Translations under genes and position numbers: made by a program
Assembly: GCA_944391575.1 (NCBI GenBank)
Contig: CALXUC010000003.1
Coordinates: 16,459 to 80,458 of the forward strand
Direction: 5' to 3'
DNA: 64,000 nt
DNA from: an uncultured Clostridia bacterium
GTDB taxonomy: Bacteria > Bacillota > Clostridia > TANB77 > CAG-508
The notes under the pieces: generated by a model
Database searches by the model: none
Seen by the model: only the letters and a program-made list of their open reading frames with translations
What the model was told of the DNA's origin: nothing
Part shown: one piece after another, positions 63,428-64,000 of the stretch
Layout: each line of letters begins with the position of its first letter
How positions within the stretch are numbered: position 1 is the stretch's first letter

Positions 63428-64000
63428 CTACAAGTTATAATTCACCACAATTACTCTATCTAGACCGCTTAAATCTTTAATACATTTTATATTTTTAAAC
63501 TTTTCCTCAAATATTTTACTTACACTTTCCCTTTGATTATACCCTATCTCTAAAAAAATTTGACCAGCTTTCTCTAGAAATTTATCTGTATTATTAAATA
63601 TATTTCTATAAAAATCTAAGCCATCTTTTCCTCCATCTAATGCCATTTTAGGCTCATTCTGAACATCTTTTGTTAATGTATTTATAACATCACTTTCTAT
63701 ATATGGCGGATTTGAAACTATTATATTATATCTATCCTTTAAATTCTCAAACATATCCGAATTTATAAACTCTATTTTTTCATATACTCCATGTTTTTTT
63801 GCATTTTTTATAGCCACATTTAAAGCACCGTTACTCTTATCTACTGCAGTTATATCCACGTTTTTGCAATATTTTGCTAAAATTATAGCTATTATTCCAC
63901 TTCCTGTACACATATCAAGGATTTTAATATCACTTTTCGTGTCTTTAATACTTTTAATAACTTCTTCAACTAAAATTTCTGTATCTGCCCTTGGGATTAA
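63428..64000 (-). CDS. prmC: release-factor glutamine N5-methyltransferase PrmC/HemK (5' end outside the window)
   Basis: The frame is open to the window edge. It reads …LIPRADTEILVEEV…ILDMCTGSGIIAI (motif I) and IVSNPPYI (NPPY). Confidence 0.85.
   Translation of the reverse strand, partial: LIPRADTEILVEEVIKSIKDTKSDIKILDMCTGSGIIAIILAKYCKNVDITAVDKSNGALNVAIKNAKKHGVYEKIEFINSDMFENLKDRYNIIVSNPPYIESDVINTLTKDVQNEPKMALDGGKDGLDFYRNIFNNTDKFLEKAGQIFLEIGYNQRESVSKIFEEKFKNIKCIKDLSGLDRVIVVNYNL

Overview
Very AT-rich chromosomal segment from an endospore-forming, low-GC Firmicute (Clostridia-like). All product calls come from motif and family recognition by eye; no searches were run. Most genes are on the minus strand. 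Core content: spoIIAA-spoIIAB, valS, pnp, rpsO, comEC, an SH3b/NlpC-P60 hydrolase, RNase J, and a complete type IV pilus cluster (pilM/N, pilO-like, pilin, pilD, pilB, pilT, pilC). Also present: dodecin-spoVAC-spoVAD-spoVAE, rluB, rluD, lspA, a spoVB-like flippase, ylmC, sigG, ylbJ, an ECF sigma/anti-sigma pair, a Spo0A-like paralog, a sortase, a HIT protein, a short alaS-like gene, spoIIIAA-AH and a partial prmC. Four things stand out. (1) A dense family of nested-palindrome MITE-like elements: 18 copies or fragments, in two subfamilies that share an asymmetric core. Four copies have perfect 8-bp target-site duplications, and no transposase is in the window. (2) A tightly packed orphan 10-gene operon at 32937-40340. 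It encodes a Nudix hydrolase, a Tmk-like kinase, an ASCH protein, three methyltransferase-fold proteins, an AlaDH-family dehydrogenase, an AlkZ/YcaQ-type HTH_42 protein with a QxQ motif, a truncated class-I aaRS-like ligase and a pyruvoyl AdoMet decarboxylase. It sits next to a replication-relaxation gene. This is my best candidate for an undescribed biosynthetic or nucleic-acid-modifying system. (3) Single-nucleotide frameshifts in two sporulation genes, ylbJ and spoIIIAE. (4) An array of small paralogous immunity-like genes with duplicated gene fragments, plus atypical pilins that lack Glu5 (a 75-aa helix-only pilin and a 565-aa pilin-FGE fusion). No rRNA, tRNA, CRISPR array, integrase or transposase was seen.
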